DNA from: an uncultured Burkholderiaceae bacterium
Lineage (GTDB): Bacteria > Pseudomonadota > Gammaproteobacteria > Burkholderiales > Burkholderiaceae_C
Reading direction: 5' to 3'
Assembly: GCA_938022295.1 (NCBI GenBank)
Contig: CALIDR010000126.1
Span: 1-49,739 of the forward strand
DNA: 49,739 bases
Part shown: positions 31,425 to 39,023 of the stretch, in pieces
Layout: every line of letters starts with the position of its first letter
Position numbering within the stretch: position 1 is the stretch's first letter
Notes under the pieces: generated by a model
What the model was told of the DNA's origin: nothing
The model's database searches: none
The model's input: the letters and a program-made list of their open reading frames with translations, nothing else
Position numbers and translations under genes: made by a program

Positions 31425-34151
31425 TCAGTGCGCCTGGTCCCAGTTCGCGCCGACGCCGACTTCGGCCACCAGCGGCACCGACAGCTCGGCCACGCCCGCC
31501 ATCAGGCGCGGCACTTCGGCGCGCGCCCAGTCGAGTTCGGCGTCGGGCACCTCGAACACGAGTTCGTCGTGCACCTGCATGATCATCCGCATGGCCTTGC
31601 TTTCGCGGTCGATCGCGCCCTGCACCGCGATCATCGCGAGCTTGATCAGGTCGGCCGCGGTGCCCTGCATCGGCGCGTTGATCGCCTGCCGCTCGGCGGC
31701 CGAGCGGCGCGGGCCGCTGCCGCCCTTGATCTCGGGCAGCCACACGCGCCGCCCGAACAGCGTCTCGACGTAGCCCTGCTCGGCCGCGCGCTGGCGCGTC
31801 TCGTCCATGTAGCGCTTGACGCCGGCGAAGCGCTGGAAGTAGCGGTCGATGTAGTCCTTCGCGGCCTTGGTCTCGATGCCGAGGTTGCTCGCCAGGCCGA
31901 AGGCGCCCATGCCGTAGATGAGGCCGAAGTTGATCACCTTCGCGTAGCGGCGCTGCTCGCTGCTGACCGCCTCGAGCGGCACGCCGAAGACTTCAGCCGC
32001 GGTGGCGCGGTGCACGTCCAGCCCCTGCTCGAAGGCGTGCCGCAGGCCGGGGTCGCCGCTGATGTGGGCCATGATGCGCAGCTCGATCTGCGAGTAGTCC
32101 GCCGACACGATCGCGTGCCCCGGCGGGGCGACGAAGGCCTCGCGGATGCGCCGCCCCTCGGGAGTGCGGATCGGGATGTTCTGCAGGTTCGGGTCGTTGC
32201 TCGCCAGCCGCCCCGTCACCGCCACCGCCTGCGCGTAGATCGTGTGCACGCGGCCGGTGGCCGGGTTGACCATCTGCGGCAGCTTGTCGGTGTAGGTGCC
32301 CTTGAGCTTGGCGAGGCTGCGGTGCTCGAGGATGCGCGCCGGCAGCGGGTAGTCGGCGGCCAGCTCGGTCAGCACGTCCTCGTCGGTGGAGGGCGCGCCG
32401 CTGGCGGTGCGCTTCTTCACCGGCAGGCCGAGCTTGCCGAACAGGATCTCGCCGATCTGCTTCGGGCTGCCGAGGTTGAACGGCTGCCCGGCCAGGTCGT
32501 GCACCTCGCGCTCGAGTGCGGCGAGCCGCTCGGCGAGTTCGCGGCTCTGGCGCGCGAGCAGCTCGGCGTCGATCAGCACGCCGTGGCGCTCGACGCGGGC
32601 GAGGATCGCGCTCACCGGCAGCTCGATGTCCTGGTAGACGCGCCGCAGCCCCGGCTCGGCGGCGATACGCGGCCACAGCACGTGGTGCAGCTGCAGCGCC
32701 ATCTCGCTGTCCTCGCCGGCGTAGGTCGTCGCGCGCTGCACGTCGACCTGCGCGAACGGGATCTGGCTGGCGCCCTTGCCGCACAGGTCCTCGTAGCTCA
32801 GGCCACGGCGGTGCAGGTGCCGCTCGGCGAGCTTTTCGAGGCTGTGCGCGAGGTGCGCCTCGAGCACGTAGCTCTCGAGCAGCGTGTCGTGCGCGACGCC
32901 GGCGAGCGCGACGCCGTGGTTGGCGAACACGTGGGTGTCGTACTTCAGGTGCTGGCCGACCTTGGCCGCGCGCGGGTCCTCGAGCCAGGGTTTCAGCGCC
33001 GCCAGCACGTCGGCCAGCGGCAGCTGCGCCGGCGCGCCGGCGTAGTCGTGGGCGAGCGGCACGTAGGCCGCCTCGAGCGGCTGCACGGCCAAGCTCAGGC
33101 CCACCAGCCGGGCGTGCATCGGGTCGAGCGAGTCGGTCTCGGTGTCGAGGGCGACGAGATCGGCGCTGCGGATGCGGTCGAGCCAGTGCCGCAGGCGCTC
33201 CATCGTCAGCACCGTCTCGTAGCGGCCCTCGGCCGGCGGGTCGCCGGCGTGCGCCGGGGCGGCAGCCGCGGGGGCCGGGGCGCTGCCCTCGAGCTCGCGC
33301 TTCCAGGTGCGAAAGCCGTAGCGCTCGTAGAAGCCGAGCAGCCCGGCGCGGTCGACGTCGCGCAGCGCCAGCGCGTCGAGCGAGGGCCAGCCGGGCACCG
33401 CGCCCGACAGGTCGCAGTCGGTGGCCACCGTGACCAGGCGCCTGGCCAGCGGCAGCCAGTCGAGGGCCTTCTTCAGGTTCTCGCCGGCGGCGCCCTTGAT
33501 CGTGTCGGCGGCGGCGATCACGCCGTCGAGCGAGCCGTGCTCGGCGATCCACTTGGCGGCCGTCTTCGGCCCGACCTTGTCCACCCCGGGCACGTTGTCG
33601 ACCGCGTCGCCCACCAGCGTCAGGTAGTCGACGATGCGCTCGGGCGGCACGCCGAACTTGGCCTTCACGCCCTCGACGTCGAGCGTCTCGTTGCTCATCG
33701 TGTTGACGAGCGTGACCCGCGGCGTCACGAGCTGGGCGAGATCCTTGTCGCCGGTGGAGATCACGACGCGGCGCCCCGTCTGCTCGGCGCGCCGGGCGAG
33801 CGTGCCGATCGTGTCGTCGGCCTCGATGCCGGGCACCTCGAGCACCGGCCAGCCGAGCAGGCGCACCACTTCGTGGATCGGCTCGATCTGCTGCGCCAGC
33901 GGCTCGGGCATCGGCGCGCGGTGCGCCTTGTAGGCGGGATACCAGGCGTCGCGGAACGTCGGCCCCTTGGCGTCGAACACGCACGCCGCGTGCGCGGCCG
34001 GCACCTGCTCGCGCAGGCGCTTGAGCATGGCGATGAAGCCGTGGATCGCCCCGGTCGGGAAGCCGTCCGGGCTCGTCAGGTTGGGCAGCGCGTGGTAGGC
34101 GCGATAGAGGTAGCTCGAACCGTCGACGAGCAGCAGGTTGTCGGCTGGCAT
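31425..34151 (-). CDS. polA: DNA polymerase I
   Basis: LVDGSSYLYRAYHA, EADDTIG, DTETD, TGRLASNDPNLQNIP, DYSQIELR, KVINFGLIYG, QVHDEL. Confidence 0.98.
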   Translation of the reverse strand: MPADNLLLVDGSSYLYRAYHALPNLTSPDGFPTGAIHGFIAMLKRLREQVPAAHAACVFDAKGPTFRDAWYPAYKAHRAPMPEPLAQQIEPIHEVVRLLGWPVLEVPGIEADDTIGTLARRAEQTGRRVVISTGDKDLAQLVTPRVTLVNTMSNETLDVEGVKAKFGVPPERIVDYLTLVGDAVDNVPGVDKVGPKTAAKWIAEHGSLDGVIAAADTIKGAAGENLKKALDWLPLARRLVTVATDCDLSGAVPGWPSLDALALRDVDRAGLLGFYERYGFRTWKRELEGSAPAPAAAAPAHAGDPPAEGRYETVLTMERLRHWLDRIRSADLVALDTETDSLDPMHARLVGLSLAVQPLEAAYVPLAHDYAGAPAQLPLADVLAALKPWLEDPRAAKVGQHLKYDTHVFANHGVALAGVAHDTLLESYVLEAHLAHSLEKLAERHLHRRGLSYEDLCGKGASQIPFAQVDVQRATTYAGEDSEMALQLHHVLWPRIAAEPGLRRVYQDIELPVSAILARVERHGVLIDAELLARQSRELAERLAALEREVHDLAGQPFNLGSPKQIGEILFGKLGLPVKKRTASGAPSTDEDVLTELAADYPLPARILEHRSLAKLKGTYTDKLPQMVNPATGRVHTIYAQAVAVTGRLASNDPNLQNIPIRTPEGRRIREAFVAPPGHAIVSADYSQIELRIMAHISGDPGLRHAFEQGLDVHRATAAEVFGVPLEAVSSEQRRYAKVINFGLIYGMGAFGLASNLGIETKAAKDYIDRYFQRFAGVKRYMDETRQRAAEQGYVETLFGRRVWLPEIKGGSGPRRSAAERQAINAPMQGTAADLIKLAMIAVQGAIDRESKAMRMIMQVHDELVFEVPDAELDWARAEVPRLMAGVAELSVPLVAEVGVGANWDQAH

Positions 34152-34191
34152 GGCGCGATGGTACGGCGGGGCGCCGATAGAATCGGCAGCC

Positions 34192-34521
34192 ATGACGCCG
34201 CGCCTGGCCGCCCTCCTCGTCTGCTGCGGCCTCGTCGGTGCCGCGGCGGCGCAGGCGCTGTCGCCCGACGCCGCGCCGCCGCCGGTGTCGCGCACCCCCG
34301 AGCCGCACGTGCGCCAGACCGTGGTCGAGGACGACCACGTGCGCGTCGAGGAGCTGCGCGTGCGCGGCGAGCTGACGCGGGTCGTCGTGCGCACGCAGGG
34401 GCGCCAGCCGGCGAGCACGTACGAGATCGCACCGGCCAGCGGCGCGCGCGACCTGTCGCAGGGGCCGTCGTCGGCGCGCGGGGTGGCCGGCCGCAGCCTG
34501 TGGACCGTGCTGTCGTTCTAG
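34192..34521 (+). CDS. Small exported protein, DUF2782-like
   Basis: Signal peptide; VEDDHVRVEELRVRG, YEI, WTVLSF; located between polA and thrB. Confidence 0.7.
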   Translation: MTPRLAALLVCCGLVGAAAAQALSPDAAPPPVSRTPEPHVRQTVVEDDHVRVEELRVRGELTRVVVRTQGRQPASTYEIAPASGARDLSQGPSSARGVAGRSLWTVLSF

Positions 34522-34531
34522 GGCGCTTCGC

Positions 34532-35506
34532 GTGGCGGTCTTCACCGAGGTGCCGCTCGAGGTCGCGCGCGCGTTCGTCGCCCGCCTCGACATCGGCACG
34601 CTGACGGCGCTGCGCGGCATCCGCGGCGGCATCGAGAACACCAACTACTTCGTCAGCACCGACCGTGGCGAGTGGGTGCTGACGCTGTTCGAGCGGCTGA
34701 CCGCTGCCGAGCTGCCGTTCTACCTGCACCTGATGCGGCACCTCGCGCGCAAGGGCCTGCCGGTGCCCGAGCCGCGCGCGGACGCCGGCGGCGAGATCCT
34801 GCACACGCTGCTCGGCAAGCCCGCGGCGCTGGTCGACCGCCTGCCCGGCGCGCACCAGCTCGCGCCCGACCAGCACCACTGCGCGCAGGTCGGCGAGGTG
34901 CTCGCGCGGCTGCACCTGGCCGCACTCGACTACCCGCGCTCGCAGCCGAACCCGCGCGGCCTCGCGTGGTGGACGGCCACCGCGCCGCTCGTGCGGCCGT
35001 TCGTCGACGAGGCAGCGCGCGCGCTGCTCGACCACGAGCTCGCCTTCCAGCAGGCGCTGGCCGCGTCGCCCGCGTTCGCGGCGCTGCCGCGCGGGCCGAT
35101 CCACGCCGACCTGTTCCGCGACAACGTGATGTTCGAGGGGCTGCCCGGGCGCGAGCGGCTGACAGGGCTGCTCGACTTCTTCTTCGCCGGCCTCGACACG
35201 TTCGCGTTCGACATCGCGGTGTGCCTGAACGACTGGTGCGTCGACCCGGCGAGCGGCCGCGGCGTCGACGAGCGCGCCGTGGCCTTCGTCGCCGCCTACG
35301 AGGGCGTGCGCCCGCTCACGGGCGGCGAGCGCCGGCTGCTGCCCGCGCTGCTGCGCGCGGCGGCGCTGCGCTTCTGGCTGTCGCGGCTCGACGACCTGCA
35401 CCGTCCGCGCGACGCGCGGCTGCTCGAGCCGCACGACCCGGCGCACTTCGAGCGCGTGCTGCGCGCGCGCATCGCCGAACCCTGGCACCCGCCGCTGCCC
35501 GACTGA
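34532..35506 (+). CDS. thrB: Homoserine kinase (type II)
   Basis: MAVFTEV, GIENTNYF, LTLFE, IHADLFRDNV, ALRFWLSRL. Confidence 0.95.
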   Translation: MAVFTEVPLEVARAFVARLDIGTLTALRGIRGGIENTNYFVSTDRGEWVLTLFERLTAAELPFYLHLMRHLARKGLPVPEPRADAGGEILHTLLGKPAALVDRLPGAHQLAPDQHHCAQVGEVLARLHLAALDYPRSQPNPRGLAWWTATAPLVRPFVDEAARALLDHELAFQQALAASPAFAALPRGPIHADLFRDNVMFEGLPGRERLTGLLDFFFAGLDTFAFDIAVCLNDWCVDPASGRGVDERAVAFVAAYEGVRPLTGGERRLLPALLRAAALRFWLSRLDDLHRPRDARLLEPHDPAHFERVLRARIAEPWHPPLPD

Positions 35507-36321
35507 TGGCCCTGCACCTGCGCACCGTCGAGCCGCGCCGGGGCCTGGTGTGGCTGCGCCGCGGCTTCCAGACCTTCTGGCGCCGACCGCTCGGCTTCAC
35601 GCTGCTGTTCGTCGTCTTCCTGTTCGGCGCGCTGGTGCTGCTCGCGCTGCCGTACCTCGGCGCGATCGCGGTGATGATGGCGCTGCCGCTGCTGACGCTC
35701 GGCTTCATGGTCGCCACGCGCTCGCTGCTCGAAGGCGGCGCCGTGCACCCGGGCCAGTTCGTCGAACCGCTGCGCGGCGACGACCGCCGCCGGCGCGCGC
35801 TGGTCCAGCTGTGCGCGTTCTACGCGCTGACGACGCTGCTGATCGTCGCCCTCGCCGAAGCGGTCGACGGCGGGCGCTTCGAGCGGCTGCAGATGCTGAT
35901 GGCCTCGAGCGACGACAGCGCCGCCCACCGCGCCGAGATCGAGGCCCTGCTCGCCGACGGCCGCCTGCGCTGGGGCATGGTCGTGCGCTTCGGCCTGACG
36001 GCGCTGCTCGCGGTGCCGTTCTGGCACGCGCCGGCGCTCGTCCACTGGGGAGGGCAGGGCGCGCTGCAGGCGCTGTTCTCGAGCACGCTGGCGGTGTGGC
36101 GCAACCGCGGCGCGATGGTCGTCTACGTGATCGGCTGGGTCGCGATGATCGCCGCCTTCAGCGTCACCGTTGGCCTGCTGTTCGGCCTGCTCGGCGCGCG
36201 CCAGCTCGCCGGCCTGCTCGCGCTGCCAGCGGGGCTGATGTTCACCTGCGTGTTCTACGTGACGCTGTACTTCACGTTCGACGACGTCTTCGGCAAGGCC
36301 GAAGGGTCACCCGTGGACTGA
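35506..36321 (+). CDS. BPSS1780 family inner membrane protein
   Basis: GLVWLRRGF, FWHAPALVHW, ALFSS; TGATG overlap with thrB. Confidence 0.85.
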   Translation: MALHLRTVEPRRGLVWLRRGFQTFWRRPLGFTLLFVVFLFGALVLLALPYLGAIAVMMALPLLTLGFMVATRSLLEGGAVHPGQFVEPLRGDDRRRRALVQLCAFYALTTLLIVALAEAVDGGRFERLQMLMASSDDSAAHRAEIEALLADGRLRWGMVVRFGLTALLAVPFWHAPALVHWGGQGALQALFSSTLAVWRNRGAMVVYVIGWVAMIAAFSVTVGLLFGLLGARQLAGLLALPAGLMFTCVFYVTLYFTFDDVFGKAEGSPVD

Positions 36322-36327
36322 ACGACA

Positions 36328-36349
36328 AGGGCCCGCCGAAGCGGGCCCT
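36328..36349 (-). terminator. Intrinsic (possibly bidirectional) terminator downstream of phoX
   Basis: AGGGCCCGC-TTCG-GCGGGCCCT followed by TGTCGTT on the minus strand, between convergent genes. Confidence 0.65.
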
Positions 36350-36381
36350 CGCGCAGCGCCAGCGGCGCGGGAGAGTTCAGG

Positions 36382-38583
36382 TCAGGTGCCGACGCGGCCG
36401 CCGTCGATCTTGTAGATCATCACGGTGGCCGAGCGCGGACGCGCGTTGGCGCCGCCCGCGCCATAGCCCGCATTGCCCGGCCAATGGCTCGTGTACCGGC
36501 TCGGGTTGCCGATGTCGCCCACCGGCGTGTCCTCGCCAGGATGCTGCACGTTGACGAAGATGACCTTGCCGTCCGGCGTCTCGGCCAGGCCAGTAATTTC
36601 CTGATCCTTCGGCCCGACGAGGAAGCGCTTGAGCGTCGTCGCGGTCGCCTTCTTGCCCATCCGCGTCGTCACGGTCGTGCCGTCGTAGTTGAGCGTGACC
36701 TGCCCGCCATCGCCCACGGCACCGGGCACCGACGCCAGCATCATGCAGTTGGACTCGTCGACCAGCGCGCCGTCGTCGGTCTGGATCCAGCACAGGCCGG
36801 TGCTCTTCGTGAACACCAGGCCGTCCGGGCTCGAGAAATCCTGGTCGTCGGTCAGACCCGAGAGGTTGACCAGCGCGGGCGACGCATCGGACTCGGCACC
36901 AAACAGGAAGATGTCCCAGGTGAACGTGGTGTCGGCCGGGTCGGCATCCTTGATGCGCAGGATGTGACCGTTGACGTTGCCGCTGAGCACCGTCGTGCCA
37001 TCGCGCACGTCGCTGTAGGTGCGCGGGTTGGCCGCGTCCGGCGCGACCTGCGAGCCGGTGGGGTTCAGGCGCCGGTTGCTGTTGTTCGTCAGCGTGATGT
37101 AGAGCTCGCCGTTGACCGGGTTCAGGTTGCCCCACTCCGGGCGGTCCATCTTGGTCGCGCCGGCGGCGTCGGCGGCGAGACGCGCGTGGATCAGCACGTC
37201 GCCCTCGTTGGCAAACGTGTAGGTGGCATAACCGGCGACGGCCGGGTTCGCCAGGCTCAGCTCGACCCACGTGCCGGTGCCGTCGTCGTTGAACTTCGCC
37301 GCATACAGCTTGCCGCTGTCGAGGTACTTGTCACCGACAGCCATGCGGTCGGCGGCGTTCGCGTCCGCCGGGTTCCAGGTCTGCGCCGAGACGAACTTGT
37401 AGATGTACTCGTTGCGCGCGTCGTCGCCCATGTAGACCGCGACCTTCTTGCCCGCCTCGGCGCGCACCGCAGCGCTCTCGTGCGCCATGCGGCCCAGCGT
37501 CGTACGCTTCTTGATCGTCGCAGTGGCGGAGTACGGATCGATCTCGGTCACGTAGCCCTGGCAGTAGAACTCGTTGCGGTAGTCCTCGGTGGCCGAGGCG
37601 CCGGTCACGCTGGCGTTCCAGCGCGTGAAGCGCTCATCGCCGCTTTGCGCCGTATTCCAGCGATAGACGTGGTTCGAGCCGGTCGACGTCGTGACGCTCT
37701 TGCCGTAGCGCGCGAACGCGACATTTTCGTTCGCGCTGCGCAGGTTGTTGTCGCCGGCGTTGCGGGCGAAGAAAGCCGCCCAGTTTTCTTCGCCGGTGAG
37801 CAGCGTGCCCCACGGCGTCTTGCCGGTGCCGCAGTTGTTGACCGTGCCGCGCGTCTTCGTGCCGTCGGTCGAGAACTTGGTCTTGAGCAGGTCATTGCCG
37901 CGTGCTGGACCGGCGAATTCGATCTCGGTCTCGGTCGTGATGCGGCGGTTAAAGGGCGACCCCTGCACGTAGGCGAGCTTGCCGTTCGCGCCTTTGGCGA
38001 TCTCGACGATCGTCACGCCCATCGCCTGCATTTCCTTGATCACCTCGGCGTCGGGACGCGGTGCGGCTGTCGGGCCGTTCAGATGCAGGAACGTCTGCGT
38101 GACCCACTCGTGATTGATGCCCAGCAGTGCGCGGCTGCTGCTCGCGTCGTCACGTGCGCCGGTCGCCGACAGGCCGAAGTACTCCATGCCATCGTGCCAC
38201 TCGCCACAGCGCTTGTCGTAGTCCGCGTCGCTGCCGTCGTTCTTGAAGGCGGCCACGCCGCTGAACAGTGGATCTCCGAGCGCGATCAGGACTTGCGCCG
38301 TGTAGCCGGACGGCACGGTGACCGAGTCGGCCACGCTCTTCGCGACGGCAGTGAAGCCGAGCAGCGTCTCAGTCGGCCTCGTGCCGCCGGCGTCGTCGCC
38401 GCCGCCGCAACCGGCCAGTCCCAGGCCGCCCAGCGAGACGCCGAGCGCGGCGCCAACGCCGCCTCGCAGGATCCCGCGGCGGCTCAGGCGAGCGGCGAGC
38501 ACGGTGTCGAAGGTGGGGTTCGGCGAGACGTTCGAATCCTCATCGTGCCGGTGATCGATTGGCAAGTCCGTCGGCTTGTTCAT
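36382..38583 (-). CDS. phoX: PhoX family alkaline phosphatase (Tat lipoprotein)
   Basis: SRRGIL Tat motif and LAGC lipobox; HDGM, INHE, NNCGTGKTPWGTLLTGEEN, GRMAHE, MDRPEW, SPDGL, WIQTD, EITG, NVQHPGE. Confidence 0.95.
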   Translation of the reverse strand: MNKPTDLPIDHRHDEDSNVSPNPTFDTVLAARLSRRGILRGGVGAALGVSLGGLGLAGCGGGDDAGGTRPTETLLGFTAVAKSVADSVTVPSGYTAQVLIALGDPLFSGVAAFKNDGSDADYDKRCGEWHDGMEYFGLSATGARDDASSSRALLGINHEWVTQTFLHLNGPTAAPRPDAEVIKEMQAMGVTIVEIAKGANGKLAYVQGSPFNRRITTETEIEFAGPARGNDLLKTKFSTDGTKTRGTVNNCGTGKTPWGTLLTGEENWAAFFARNAGDNNLRSANENVAFARYGKSVTTSTGSNHVYRWNTAQSGDERFTRWNASVTGASATEDYRNEFYCQGYVTEIDPYSATATIKKRTTLGRMAHESAAVRAEAGKKVAVYMGDDARNEYIYKFVSAQTWNPADANAADRMAVGDKYLDSGKLYAAKFNDDGTGTWVELSLANPAVAGYATYTFANEGDVLIHARLAADAAGATKMDRPEWGNLNPVNGELYITLTNNSNRRLNPTGSQVAPDAANPRTYSDVRDGTTVLSGNVNGHILRIKDADPADTTFTWDIFLFGAESDASPALVNLSGLTDDQDFSSPDGLVFTKSTGLCWIQTDDGALVDESNCMMLASVPGAVGDGGQVTLNYDGTTVTTRMGKKATATTLKRFLVGPKDQEITGLAETPDGKVIFVNVQHPGEDTPVGDIGNPSRYTSHWPGNAGYGAGGANARPRSATVMIYKIDGGRVGT

Positions 38584-38619
38584 GCGCTTCCTTCGGGTGG
38601 GTGGGACAACGAACGACGG

Positions 38620-38673
38620 ATGCTAGAAAGCACGTGTGAACGAACCATGTCACAGGGGTGTCGGTGTCATGAC
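38620..38673 (-). promoter_or_regulatory. PHO box promoter of phoX (four half-sites)
   Basis: Minus strand reads GTCAT-N6-GACAC-N6-GACAT-N6-TTCAC-(10 bp)-TAGCAT. Confidence 0.82.
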
Positions 38674-38730
38674 GGGCCGAGACGCGCCTTGGGTGACTCG
38701 CCCCGTGGCCGGGGCGGCGTGGCATCAGTC

Positions 38731-39020
38731 AGCCCAGATCCGGCAGTTGGGCGCGCCCGAGCGGGCCGTCATCGGGCGCGCTGGCCACGCCGAGCCCGGA
38801 TGCGCACCGTCCCTGCGGACGGTGCGCGCCCGGCGAGGGGCCGGGGCGTCTACGCCCCGCCGCAGCCCGCAGGGCTCGTAACGCCGCCAGCGTGGCCGAG
38901 GGCGGCTCGATCGGGTGCGCAGCGTCCTCACCCAAGAGGTGAGCGTCCGCGTGGGCGAAAACACCCAGCGCGAGGGCAGGTCGCAGGCGGAATCGAGCGG
39001 CCGACTGCCGGATCCAGGGT
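38731..39020 (-). mobile_element. ~290-bp MITE-like structured repeat, copy 2 (inverted relative to copy 1)
   Basis: The reverse complement aligns end to end with 18047-18335 (roughly 85-90% identity by eye); TIRs AGCCCAGATCCGGCAG...CTGCCGGATCCAGGGT. Confidence 0.8.
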
Positions 39021-39023
39021 CAC

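Noticed and set aside
30183-34604. 1473-aa ORF on the + strand
   Set aside because: Shadow frame: out of frame over the MFS gene and antisense to polA; low-complexity translation typical of stop-poor high-GC DNA.
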